Of a DNA stretch of 56,390 nt, positions 42,050 through 54,911 are shown one piece after another; the first letter of the stretch is position 1; each line of letters opens with the position of its first letter. The notes under the pieces were generated by a model, which was not told the origin of the DNA, did not search any database, and saw only the letters and a list, made by a program, of their open reading frames with translations. A program made the translations under genes and the position numbers. Location: assembly GCA_000826855.1 (NCBI GenBank), contig JTLS01000058.1, forward strand, positions 1-56,390, written 5' to 3'. This stretch comes from Basidioascus undulatus. Lineage: Eukaryota.

Positions 42050-43613
42050 ATTTGTGTCGACTGTGCGCAGTGGCTAAGAAGCCGAGGACCGGGTATGTAG
42101 CAGACTGAAGTGTGGGGTAATTGTAGGGTTTGTGGGGAATGAGAAGCGAGAAGGTCGAAAGGCTGAAAGATAAGTGCTCCGGAGAAGTGTTCCTGCGATC
42201 CAGGTCATGAACCGTTTGCTGGGATCACGGCGCACAGTGATTCAACTGCGTCCACGTGAGCTCAACTACCAGACAACGCACACTTGCGGCTGGCATCAGC
42301 CGGCAAAAGTTAAATGTTGCCCAGGCACTCGGTAGTTCACGCATGAGCCGTATTGACCGCCTGATCAATGGCTAGTGATGGAGGCAACTGTATACGCAAC
42401 CTGCGGGCCGCACCCTCCGAAGGGCATGGCTGTATTTCACCGAGTGGTCTTGAGCCAAGTTGAGCCTCATCTTTGAAGATTTCCAATTGTATTGTTTGAA
42501 ATGAAAAGTGAGCCTTTCAATATTTGTATGGTCAAGCCGTAAAGCACACTCAAGAGTCTTGAGTCAAGACGGATCTGTCAACATGCGGCGAACTACCCAT
42601 CGGAAAGCAGGACTGCTTCGTCGAGGACTCGGGATGGGACCACGGCACTTGCCAATGCCAGGTTCCTGGTGTGTACGGCCATTCAAAGTATATAAAAAAC
42701 AATTAACACCGGATCTAGTGGTCTGTCGAGGAAACAGACGCGGGCCACTTCCATGAGTGGTGAGGCGGTCAGGATGTCTATGTGAAATGGTCTACATTTG
42801 CAGGGTTTCTTTCCTCCCTATCAGTCCTGGAGGAAACGGCTTGAAAATACAATTAAATTCTCCAAACCATCATTCAGTTTCTTAACGTCAGCCAGTTCGA
42901 ATCATCTCATAATCCGCTGTACGGCTACATCAGCGGACCCAATCGGTACTCGCACCTGTCTAGTCATCTTTGAGGAGATACTTTTCTTTCAAAAAAAAAC
43001 CGAAATACCCACTTGCTTATAGAGCTGAGGAGATTTTCGCGGACTTGCTTTCAGGTAATGTTGTCCTCTCAACCCGAAATGCATCGAGTTAGCCTGTGCT
43101 TTCGGACATGGAGCCTTCGTGTCAAGGAAGTTAAATATCACCCAATCCAGTCTGAGAACAGTTCATTTTCCTGTTTGCGAATGTCGGTGGCGCAGGCTGG
43201 TCCCAAGATCCACCCCTGAGAAGCCGCTGTCAAAGTCGGATGGGCCATCCCAACCGGTCCTTGCGGCGTAAAACCCGAGATACTGTACATTCGGTTCAGG
43301 AAAGGCAGTGTATTCACGTTGAGGGTTCTATTGAGTGGGCTTCGACGCGCTGGTTATCCTCAGAGAGTTGTTCAAGAGGACAATAGAAATGAGGACGACC
43401 GGCTTGCGCAAGGCTTGCTTCGATCTCGCCCGGCTGGCATTACCCGCGCCGTCGGCGCCGGATACGGTGCATGGCTTACCGGCGACAGCACCGATCTTGT
43501 TGGCCGTTTGCCCGGTTTTTCTACCTCTCCTCATCCTCTTGTTCTCACACGTTTTCTCGCAACTCACTTGCTTTGCTTCGCTCGTCGGTCCTCACCTCGA
43601 TCATCCCAACATC

Positions 43614-45529
43614 ATGGAGCGCCTCCAACAAATCGCTACTCACCTCACTCCTTCGCGCGGCGGCGTCGCCGCGCTGCAACGAAAGTCGGCGGACGATATT
43701 GTTCGTCTAATTCCTAAGCTGCGGTCACGGAAATGCAAGAAGCAATGCTGAATGCTGCTCGGCAGGTTGTGACACTTGCCGTGCGCAGCCCGATGTGCAA
43801 GGCGTGGAAGGGTCAGCTCAAGGACACTCGGTAAGTCCACACATGTTCTAATGACGGTCGGAAATGCGTGCTAATCCACGTCGCTTCTTTCTGTCCCAGG
43901 GCCGACGAGCTGTTGACCTCCCTGTACAAGGTAGGCCTTAGGGCTCCTCCTCGCGTGCCAAGCGTCATGCTGATTCTTCCGTCCACCTTGAATCAAGGCC
44001 GTAATCATGGAGTGCAATTTCGACCCAGCACTTGTCCAGGACATTACCGTGGGCAACGTTCTTGCGCCGGGACAGGGATACGTGGGTAAGACTCGAAGTG
44101 GCGTACTTGTATCTCTGCATTGCCTTACGACACTCGCATCTGCAGCTCGTGCTTCTGCCCTAGCCGCCGGGTTCCCCGAGTCGACTACCACCCAAGTCAT
44201 CAACCGCTTCTGTAGGTCAAGTTTCCTTCTCTGTCCCCCTCGTATAATCAGCCAGACTGCGTTTGTCGGCGTCTTCTGCTGACCCTCCTCGCGTTCCCAC
44301 AGGCTCCTCGGGTCTCATGGCTGTCAACACCGTCGCGAACCAGATTCGGGCGGGACAGATTGATATCGGCCTAGCCATTGGGGTCGAGAGCATGAGCGCT
44401 CAGAAGGACGAAGGCGCGCCGCAGTTCTCGGACGATCTCATGGCGCACCAGGCGGCCGCGGACTGCAGGCAACCCATGGGCTGGACGAGGTATGGTGCCT
44501 GCATCGCCAAGGATTCAGATGGCTGATAACGAGTTCGGAATACATAGCGAGAACGTTGCTGCGGACTTCAACATCTCTCGCGAGGACATGGACAAGTTTG
44601 CAGCCCTGTACGTAGCTTCCCCTGTTACGACGAACCATCTCCGCTGACTCCATATATCCGCAGCTCACACACCCGGGCTGCAGCTGCTCAAGCCGCTGGC
44701 CACTTTGAGCGTGAAATCGTCCCGATCGAGTCGTTCCAGAAGGACGCCTCGACGGGCGAGCGTCGTCGTGTCGTTATCTCTCGGGACGACGGCATCCGGG
44801 GCGACGCGACCCCCGAGAAGCTTGGCAAGATTCGCGCGGCGTTCCCTCAGTGGGGTGCGGGGCGTACCACGGGCGGCAACGCCAGCCAGATCACCGACGG
44901 TGGCGCCGCAGTCATGCTTATGACCCGGAGGCGGGCGGAGCAGCTGGGCCTGAAAATTTTGGCGAAGTACATTACGACTGCGACTGTTGGTGCGTCCGGA
45001 TGGACACTCAGCTTCTTACGAAACGTTATCTTACACGGAGACTCTCACTTCAGGTCTCGCTCCCCGCATTATGGGCATCGGTCCCTCGCTGGCTATCCCG
45101 AAGGTGCTCGAGCAGGCGGGCCTCAAAAAGGATGATGTCGACCTCTTCGAGGTCATTTTTCGTTCTCCCTCACTCACCATCATTAAAAACCATTCTAAAA
45201 CTTTGTCTCCTAGATTAACGAGGCCTTCGCGTCGATGTATGTCTATTGCGTGCGCCATCTCGGCCTGGACATTGACAAGGTCAATGTCAACGGCGGTGCG
45301 ATCGCGCTGGGGTAAGTCCTTAAATGTCTACATCTGAAATACCTTCTTCACCCCACGGCATCAGTACTGAATCGATGGCACGACTCCCAGACACCCCCTC
45401 GGCTGCACGGGCGCCCGTCAGGTCGCGACGGGCCTGAACGAGCTCGAGCGCCGGAATGGCAAGGTGCTCGTGACGTCGATGTGCATTGGACTGGGAATGG
45501 GTGCTGCCGCTGTTTTTGTTCGGGATTAG
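43614..45529 (+). CDS. POT1: Peroxisomal 3-ketoacyl-CoA thiolase with N-terminal PTS2
   Basis: PTS2 RLQQIATHL, catalytic [50 protein letters not shown]. All exons join in frame. The symbol marks the family; exact paralog not established. Confidence 0.93.
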
Positions 45530-46180
45530 ACAGCACTGGTTGATGTACTACGTATCAAGTTGCATGCACGGCGTGGACGCCAACTGTAGCGCTCGCCCGC
45601 TGCCGTCCAGTCTGAGGCTTTTCAAAGCACCGGCCTGTAGCATCCAGATTTTTGTCGGAGTTCTACATGAAAGAGAGTCTGTTAACCAAGCGTTAGCGTC
45701 CCGTGATAGACAATCCCACGAAGACTGCACCGGCACACCGTCGGCTTTCATTCTGCGAAACTGGTTGCACCCAGAAGATGCTATCGGAACCGCCATATTT
45801 TGAATAAGTAGTATCTGCATGAAAATACGGACATGGATCCCACAGCTCTGGCACTGCACCTACTTGTACAGTACTTCGACGTGCCGGCCGGCCGGGTTGT
45901 GGCGTCGGCTGGCATTCTCCGACATGCAATCGTCCAACGCCAGCGCACAGCGCACAACCTCACAACTTCACATGACCTCACAGCTCATGGCCGACAACGC
46001 TTCTAAGGACGACGCCTCCATCAGGCTGGCATTATCCGAAGCGGAATCGTGACACTCTTCCCAGCAGACACTCGCAGCCGAGTTACTTGACCGGCTTCGT
46101 TCAACTCGAACTACCTCGCCTTCGATTCTTTCACCAATCGCGCTCTCGATACTCACCTTCCATTTCGCTCGGTCAATATC

Positions 46181-48731
46181 ATGGACTCGCAGCCTCCCTC
46201 GACCTCTCGCATAGTCCAACACAAAGTTGGAGCTGCAGCCTCGAGCCAGCGCCCCGCTGCACTCGGGTCTCCGTTCGAATTTCAGGTCCCTGTCGAGAAT
46301 GCCTTGTAAGTATTTCTACAACGGTTATCTTGCGGGTTTACATCACTGAACACTAAACCCACCAATCAACAGCACCTTCCTCTTCTCCTCGCCCTGGACG
46401 CGCACGAACCGCGTTGTGCAAGCCCTCCCCGCGCAACTCTCCGCGCACGCGCACACTCGTCCCGTCCCGCCCCAAACGCCGATCTTCCACTCCCCCCAAA
46501 CCGGCTCGACCCTCTCCTTCGCCCTCCTGCACTCGCTCTCCCTCCGCATCGCAGCCGGCCTCTCCTCCCTCCAGCCGCAGCCGCCGAATGGAACTTCGAA
46601 GCAGCCCACGATCCTCCTGCACCTCCCCAACTCACTAGCGTTCCCTTCGCTCGTCTTTGGCGCGCTCGCTGCAAAATGGATCGTTACGATGGCGAACCCC
46701 GCGCTCGCCGTGCGCGAGCTCGCGCATATCGTTAGGGAGGCAAGGCCGGACGTGGTCGTTACCACTGCGGGTGCGGACGGGAGGGGTCGGATCGAAGACG
46801 CTTGGAAGGAGAGCGGTATCGGGGGCAAGGCGCCGAAGCTGTTTATTGTGCGCGGGGTGGATGGGCTAGGCGGGTTCCCGGTTGAGGGACACGAGGTGCC
46901 GGAGAAGGACGACTGGAGGGCGTTACTGGAGAAGTGGCCGCAGCCGACTTTCAAGGTCGCTCCGATGGTACGTCTCTAGCTCTAACATAATCAATCCAGG
47001 AAGCTGACACTCCCGAGTAAATTAGACGGAACAGCAGCAGCGCGAGACGATCGCTTTCATCCTCTGGTCGTCGGGCACGACCGGCAAGTCGAAGGGCGTC
47101 ATCCTCTCACACCACGGCATCGTGTCGCAGGCCGTCGCGCTGTGGGCGGGAAACCCGGTGTTCGGAGAGCGTGAGGTAAGTTTCAAGTTGGGAAACGCTG
47201 TTTGTGCTTGATGAGTCTGACCACAGTGTTTGCCGTTGCCCACACAGATCTTCTGCGGTCTGCCGCCGTTCTTCCACACTTTTGGACTGGGAAACATCCT
47301 GCTTCTCGTGCGTTGCTTTTTCTAAACAAGCTTTGTGCTATTCCTTACACTAAAACTCTTATGCTACACTCACGCAGGCCCCCACACTCGGTGCAACAGT
47401 CGTCCTCTTCCCGAAAGTGCGTTTCCCACATTACCATCTCACATTCATCCTTGTTCTCTAACTCCTCCTTCACAACCCGCCGCAGTTCGACCTCCCCTCC
47501 TACCTCTCCCTCATCTCGACGTACCGTCTTACGCACCTGCACATCGTCCCGCCCATCGCCGTGCAACTCGCCAAGTCGCCGCTGGTTTCGCAACCAGGTG
47601 TCAACTTCAGCAGCGTCACGGGCGTGTGCTCGGGCGGCGCGCCGCTTGGAGCGGAGGTCATTCGGGAGGTGTGGAGGAGGTGCGGGGTGGTCGTTAAGAT
47701 GGGGTGAGTCGTTTGTTTTTGTTGGTGGGACGAGGAAATTGCGGAACTGAAACTGACACTGTGGTTGGGGGAAGGTATGGGACGTCCGAGACGGGCTCCA
47801 TTACGACGATGGTGGGCGATGCGTGGGGCGAGATCGAGCCGCAGCTGGGAAGTACCGGTTCGCCGCTGCATGGACTGAAGGTCAAGATTATTCGCCCGGA
47901 CGGGTCCAGTGCGTCGTGCCTTCCGCCTCTTATCCCCCTCCATCTTCTCCCTGTGTCGCCTTCTCGGCTCGGACTGAATGTTGCGTCTTATAGCCGCCAA
48001 CATCGGCGAGGCAGGGGAGATCCTTGTCAAGTCTCCGCTGCAGATGCTGGGCTACGTGAACAACGAGGAGGCGACGCGGGAGACGATCGACCAGGACGGG
48101 TGGATTCATACTGGCGATGTGGGGATCGTCGATGAGGGCGAGCGGATCTGGATCGTTGACCGGCTGAAGGAGGTCATCAAGGTGTGTACAGCTTCGCGTT
48201 GTGACTGCGTTGCATCTCGGGCGCTGACGACCTGTCGTTCTTTATAGTACAAAGGGTGCGTCTCGAGGTTTCACTTTCGACTTTGGTACCAAATTCACAT
48301 TCTTTCTCTTCTCTTCGCTACCAGCTTCCAAGTCTCCCCCTCCGAGCTAGACGCCGTTCTGAACTCGCTTCCGAGCGTCGCGGACGCAGGCACGACGAGC
48401 GTGTACTCCGCTTCCGAGGGGACCGAGCTCCCCATCGCGTACGTCGCCCAGCGGCAGGCGGGCGCGGACCCGCGCGCGCTCGCGCAGGAGATCCGGGAAT
48501 GGACCGAGAAGAACCTGGCGAAGTACAAGTGGCTGAGGGCGGGCGTGGTCGTTTGTGAGGCGATTCCGAGGAACCCGAGGTGCGTGGACAGGGAGGGAAG
48601 GGCGCGCTGGATGGGTGCGATGCTGATTTGTGGGGGCTGGGAGGAACAGTGGGAAGATTCTGAGGCGGGAGTTGAAGAACGTCAAGGGCTTGCATGTCGA
48701 GCTGTACCCGAAGAGGGAGTCGAAGCTGTAG
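46181..48731 (+). CDS. 4-coumarate:CoA ligase-like acyl/aryl-CoA synthetase with C-terminal PTS1 (SKL)
   Basis: AMP-binding [70 protein letters not shown]. Ends ...PKRESKL-stop. Includes an 8-nt micro-exon (48248-48255). Confidence 0.92.
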
Positions 48732-49227
48732 AGTAGACCGGGATGTTTTTGCCGGATTTCTTGCGAGAAAATAAATGACTAGGACTTGTGACAACTTGTC
48801 AAGCGTTTTCGAAAGTACTGCACTGCATCCAGACTATTGGCAACGGCCCGAACCGCGTTACGTCGGGTGTCTCAGTCATTTAGCAGGCGTTTGCAGGAAG
48901 TGCTTACCTAATTCTCCTCGCACCAGTCCTCACAATGAAAAATAAACGACTGGAATGTTATGTTGACAAACAAGGATATCGAGATTTGCCGGCTGTATCT
49001 TTGCGTTTCAGAATTGTACACAGCCACATGTCGGGCACCCCTGGAATCAATGGTGTGCGTCGTGGCGTCAGCGCGCCCAAGCGGTTGAGCGTGCCCGCAA
49101 CTCGCATTCCCCCATTGTACACTCACCGATTCGATCCCCCCCGCCCTTGCTTCCCACCATCACCATCATAGACGCTCCAAACGACTGAGCACGACCGAAT
49201 ACAAGACTAGAGAGATTACCGCCCGCA

Positions 49228-52200
49228 ATGCCGGCTCTGACGCTTCCACTCAGTGCGTTCCGGCCATTCCGGGGCGCTCATCCGACCGCCCCATCGGGCT
49301 GCAGCACCGTGCTGATGGTCGGCGGGGAGCACAGCATTTTCGAATAGCTTCTGGACGCCGGATTACAGGAAGGGCCTGGAGCTGCTGTTCGGCAAGCTTG
49401 AGCAGGGCGTAGTGGAGAATGAGGAGGTCGTCGGGCTCCTGAAGGTGAGCTGAGCTGGCATGCCTTCTACGATTCGATGGAGCGGCGGACGATAGAGATA
49501 TGGACCAACGGGGACTGTAACGGACTATACCGCATCATGCGAAACGCTCAGGGATAAAGCCTGATGCTAAGCCCTCATGCAGCCGTACTGATACAACCAT
49601 CTCCAGGCCCGTGCTGCTGCCGCCCAGTCGCACTCGCGTGCGCTCACCTCGCTCCCCGCCCCGCGCCGCAGCGGCTTCGCCCTCTCCTCCACGTCCCCCA
49701 GCACGCTCAGTACGTCTTTCGCTGCGCTGCATGCGGCGTCCGCGGACGAGGGCGCTGCGTACGCGGCGCTTGCGACCGCGCTCGAGCGGCACGCGAAGCA
49801 GTTTGGCGACTGGGCGGAGGGGCACAAAGACCGCATTCGGGGGAGCAAGGCTGCCCTGTTGGATGGCTGGGTTTTAGGATGGGAGGAGGGCAAGGTCGAG
49901 GTGCGTCCTTGTGTCCTTGTGTGGAAGTGTAGCTCGAAAGGGGCGACTAACGGGTTGGCGATGTGGACAGCTGGAGAAGCTCAAGGCGACGCTCGACAAG
50001 AAGCTTCGGGCCGCGGACGAAGCGGATGAGGACGCCAAGTTCGCGCCCGTCGAGGACCCGGTCTCCCCGCCGCCTACGTCTCCCCCCTCTGAGAAGTCCG
50101 AGAAAGCGCTCGGCAAGCAACCTGAGAAGCTCCCCGCCCCGCCCTCTAAGCCGCCGTCGCTCCCCCCGCTCGACACGGCCGACACCGCGCCGCTCGAGCC
50201 CATCATCCTCGCCGGCGTGCCGTTTGCGCCGAAGGACTTGAGCGCGCTCCTCAAGCGCGCGTCGGAGGAGCTTCCTGGCCAGGTGGTCAAGGTGCCGTTC
50301 TTGGGCGAGTACCAGGTGGGTTCCATTGGCGTGATGATGGGTCATCTGCGGCGCACTGACAAGATCACCGTGTGGTGTTGTATCAGGACTGCTACTCTGG
50401 TGAGGACCTCACCAACTGGTTTCTAGCCAAGGTGGCCGACTTCAACGGTAGCGCCGACAAGGTCGTCGAGGCGTGCAGCGCGCTCGCCGAGGACCTCGAG
50501 CTCTTCCGCCGCATCGGCGGGCTGGGCAACAAGTTCGAGCCCAAGTGTGTTCTCATCAATTTCGCCCTCTGGTCTCACGCATGTTCCTGACACCCTTCTC
50601 GCTTTTGCTCCATAGGTCCGACTGGTTCTACCAGTTCCGCCCGAAAGCGTTCGAGCTGGAAGATGCACTCTACTCGGCGCGCTCGCAGCCCGTGGGGACC
50701 CCGCTCCTCTCCACGCCGGCAGCGGTCTTCTCCTCGCCGGTCCTTCCCTCTTCGACGAACGTCCAGGCGCGCGTTGGCTCGCTCCTCCAGCGTGCGGGCT
50801 CGCTCCGCACGGCGCTGACGGGCGCGAACCCGAACGAGCCGCCGCGCGTGCGCGCGCGGCGCGAGGCGGACAAAGCCAAGGCCGAGTATGAGGGCGCGCT
50901 CAAGAGGCAGGAGAGGCAGCGGCTCAGCGTCGAGGAGCGCGTGGAGGAGGCGCTGAGGGCGCTGCAGAGGTGCGAGTTAGACAGGCTCAGGGCGATCAAG
51001 ACTGGTGAGTCGTGTTCTCTCCTTCTCTTTTTCCCTTCCCGAAATACTCATGTGCTCTTCACGTTTGTAGTCCTTGGGGCCTACGAGTCCACCCTGAAGG
51101 CGATACACACCTCGCTGGGCACCGCGCTCGAGTCCTCGGCCGTCGCGGTACAGACGTACCAGCCCGAGCACGACCTGTCGTCGCTCGTCGAGCGCCACCG
51201 GACGGGCGCGTTCCGCCCCGCGCCGCACATCGTCGGCCGCCACGACCTCAGCCTCTTCGGCGGCGACCTCCGCAAGCTCGTCCGCGCCGGCGAGGAGGAG
51301 GGCAAGGACCGCGAGGTGCCGGAGGTGCTCGCGGCGCTGCTGGCTGCGCTGGAGGTGACGCTGGGGAAGGTCGAGGAGGATGAGCGTGAGTCAATGATAC
51401 TACCTTGACAACGCATTGAGCGCCAGCTGATAAGATGGTTGAGGACACAGAAAAGCGCAAGAGCTGGATCTTTGAGGGTGCGCCGGTATGTCTTTTCGCA
51501 GCAACAACAGTACAGCTGAACATCCTTCTTTCATCTTATCTCCAGTCCCTCTCTCCGCAACGCATCACGTCCGCGAGTCGCTCAACGCCCTCCCGAAGCC
51601 GTTCAGCGCCTCCGTGGAGTCCACGCTCGCCGTCCTGGCAAAGTACGACGCGCCCGTGCTCGCGTCCGCTATCAAGCTGTGGGCGCTCGAGCTCGACCCG
51701 CCCCTGGGCGGCTACGACGCGTGGGAGGACGCGCGCGCCGTGTACCCGTCCGTAGGCGCCGAGGGCGTCGAGGTCGCCGTTGACGACGTTAGGAAGGCGC
51801 TCGAGAAGACGCCGCTCGTGAATGCTGTTGCTCTGGAGGCTGTGCTGGGCCACTTGAAGAAGTACTTTGAGACGATTGGGTCGGATCCGGGCTGAGGTGC
51901 TGAGTGTTCGGTTGGCGGCTGCAGCTTGGTGGTTTCCACGAAGTCGGACGAGACGGACGAGGTGTTCTTTACTAAGCTCGCGCTGTGCTTGGGCCGAGGT
52001 ACGTTTCCACAGCATTTTCTCGAACAAAGCCTTACAGGCCGAGGTGTTTGCAGTCTTCTTCCGCCCTCGCGTCGAGACGGACATCACCCTGCAGGAGCGT
52101 CACATCACGCCGCTCTTGATAGACTTGATTCGGAGGCACGACGAAGTCCTGCCGCCCGTGAGTCATCCATCATTCTGTCGAGCACCCTTCCCTGTTATCG

Positions 52201-52973
52201 ATGCTGACGTTCGCTTTGTGCCTCGGCCGCAGCTCATCGCCAAGAAGAAGCTCGATGCGGACCGGCCGACGCCGCAGCGCAAGCGCACGAAGCCGATCGA
52301 CCAGCGCCTCAGCCGCTCGCGCCTCTCGGCAGAGATCAAGCCCGAGGAGTTTCTGAGCCTGCGCCTCGAGCAACAGCGCGCGACCTCCGCCGCCTCCGGC
52401 ACGAGTCCGCGCAACAGCCTCGTCCTCCCCGAGGGCGCCGCCCCGCCCGTGCCTGTCTCTGACTCGCCCGGCAGCACACCGACCAGGCCGGATCTGGCGA
52501 GCTTGCAGATCCCCACTGAGGACGGCACCGCGAATCAGGAGGAGGGACAGCACAGCGTCGTCATCTCCCCGCCTACTCCGATCGACCCGCCTGTTCCCGC
52601 CCCGGCACCAGCGCCGGCGCCTGCTGTCGCGTCCAGCCCTAGCACGGGCGGCGCTAACCTGAGCCGGAGCAGCGGGAGCGGCAAGGGTCGCCGTCCGGGC
52701 GGTGCGCGCCCTCCCCCGTCCTCCCGCGTGTCTTCCTCCGGCTCCGCGCCTGCGCCTTGCCCCCTGGTCGGAGCTGAGGACGACGAGGCCCCGCCGCCGT
52801 TCGAGCCCGAGCAGCCGCCCAGCCCGCCCGCCGGGCGCGGCCCGAGCCCGCAGAACGTCGACCCTGAGGAGTACAAGCGCCGCGGGAAGGGCGACAGGCG
52901 CATCAGCGCGGGCGCGATGAAGCGCGAGAGCTGGGCACGCACCGTCGTGTCTGAGAACGAGGCCGAGGACTAA
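49228..52973 (+). CDS. F-BAR/DEP/RhoGAP-domain protein (Rgd2/Rga8-like)
   Basis: FSNSFWTPDYRKGLELLFGKLEQGVVENEE (FCH start), FRRIGGLGNKF, RKSWIFEVPL, ASAIKLWALELDPPL, RKRTKPIDQR, Pro-rich tail. Confidence 0.85.
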
Positions 52974-54889
52974 CTGAGGAGGTGTGGGGAGGTTTGAATC
53001 TGCGGGCGGGATCTAACACTGCGGACATTGCTCGCTGCTCCTTTTGTTTCTGACTGTCTTTCTCGTTTTGAACATGTTCTCGTCTTGCTATGCTCCCTTT
53101 GTCGTCTTGTTTGCTTCTGTGAACTTCAGGATACCCTGCGATGCAGAGGGCGAATACCAGTCTGTACTTATGTGGCTTGCAGCGCGAGCACTCCACCATC
53201 TGCGCACTTTCAGGTCGCCCATGCAGACTCTTAATACACTTGGAGAACTCTAGAGTCGAACAGTCGAACACAGCCGTGACATGCAGGGTCTGAACATGAG
53301 CCAACAGAAACCGAGGACATGCCAACATCACTAGTCAACAGTACGCGCAGCCCTCGCAGCAACGATAAACTCCGCCAACTCGCTGAGACCAAAAAAATCG
53401 TCGCCGCCCGCGTTCGTGTAAGAATCGTCGCACACGATCCAGTCCTCAGCGTCGTCTGCGTTGTTAGGAGCGGGCCCAGTCGGAGAGGGGAGGAGGTGGG
53501 TAGGGGACGTTGTTGTGTAGTCTAGCGCGGACGAAGACGAGGAGGCCGAGGCCTCACGTCCGTGGGGCTTGTCAGATATGCGGGTTGCCTCGACGGCGGA
53601 AATGGGAGAAAGCGAAGGCCGAGATATGACGAAGGAGGGGTACGCGAACAGGAATCCGTCCCGGCTAAAAGGAACGCTCTCGACGAAGCGTCGGTCGATC
53701 TGGTTACCCCGAGTGCGTTGGAGCAGGGGCAGGATAGGAGCTTCGATGTCGCGGAGAAGCGTCGCTGAAGTCCTCGGCGACGACCGGCGTCATCCGCGCC
53801 GTATGACCGGCAGTGTTGGCCGTCACCAGCCATCCATCTTCGGAGGATACATTAGCATCTAGCAACGGAAGTCTCGACACCAGGAGCAACGCACAGCCCG
53901 GAACAAGAGACAGACACGCCACTCCCCCGATGAGTCGATCTTGCACAATCTCGCTGCCCTCGCCGGCCCCGAGCTCCGTCGCCGCGTTGGCATGAGCGGC
54001 ACCACGGTGCGGTGGTGGAGTGCGAGCGTCGTCGCCGAAGTGCTATGGGCCGAGAAGATGAGCTGGCTTAACGTATGAGAAAGTGGAGAGGAGAACGCAC
54101 GTAAAGAAGCACACAGTGACCCAGCTCATACACGTCGCCGCGATCATGACATCAACTTAGCGCATCTGCGCCCTCAGGCCTTCCCGTCGCCCCGCGTCTG
54201 AGGAGATGTTGTAACGCTCGAAGATCTTTGTAAGTGTCGTGCAAATGCATGCAGAAGTAGATGGTGGGCTGCGTTTGCTGGTGGTTGTCGGCGGGATACG
54301 TGACTGCAACCTTGTTCGGCTTCGGACAAAACTCCGAAAGCAGCAGCGTGGAGTCCGCGCGTATGCTCATGAGGGCGCGGAGAAGCTTGTCGTCCTCATG
54401 GCGATCGATTGAAGGAGACAGTTGGATGTAATTCGTGAACGCCGGATTAAGTACGCTGCGGAGCTCAGAAAGCGAAGGACGGGTGAACAAGCATTTGCCA
54501 CATGCGATCGACGACGACCGGGACGCGCAATTCGACATTCGAGCGAGGCGTTCAGATGGTGGGCAAGTTGACCACGCCCACTGTACTGAGAAGTGTAGGG
54601 CCCATGGCAACGATGAAAAGCGTTGTTGTGGGGAGAGTAAGAGAAGGGAGTGATGTTTTGAGAAGGGAGTGGCAGTGGCGCCCACAATCTAACCCATGTC
54701 GCTGACATTCCTTTGGACTTTGGCATGTTCTTTTTCTGCTATTATGCTCTTTTCGGCCTGTCGTACTTTGGTCGTATTGTTATATGCTTAAACGCCAGGA
54801 TACCCTTGATATGGAGAGGGAGAAGGCGAGTACCATCCTCTACTTATGTGCTGGTATCATCCACGCATGTTTGTGTGTTATCTGCCATG

Positions 54890-54911
54890 GAGCACTGAGC
54901 GAGCACTGAGC
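54890..54911. repeat. 11-bp tandem duplication (GAGCACTGAGC x2)
   Basis: Directly visible in intergenic sequence. Confidence 0.8.

Noticed and set aside
38995..42087. CCTCGG (FarA/FarB-type) hexamers upstream of the esterase (38995-39000) and the transporter (CCGAGG at 42082-42087)
   Set aside because: A 6-mer is expected by chance in GC-rich DNA. I did not see it upstream of the thiolase or ligase, and the motif is defined in ascomycetes.
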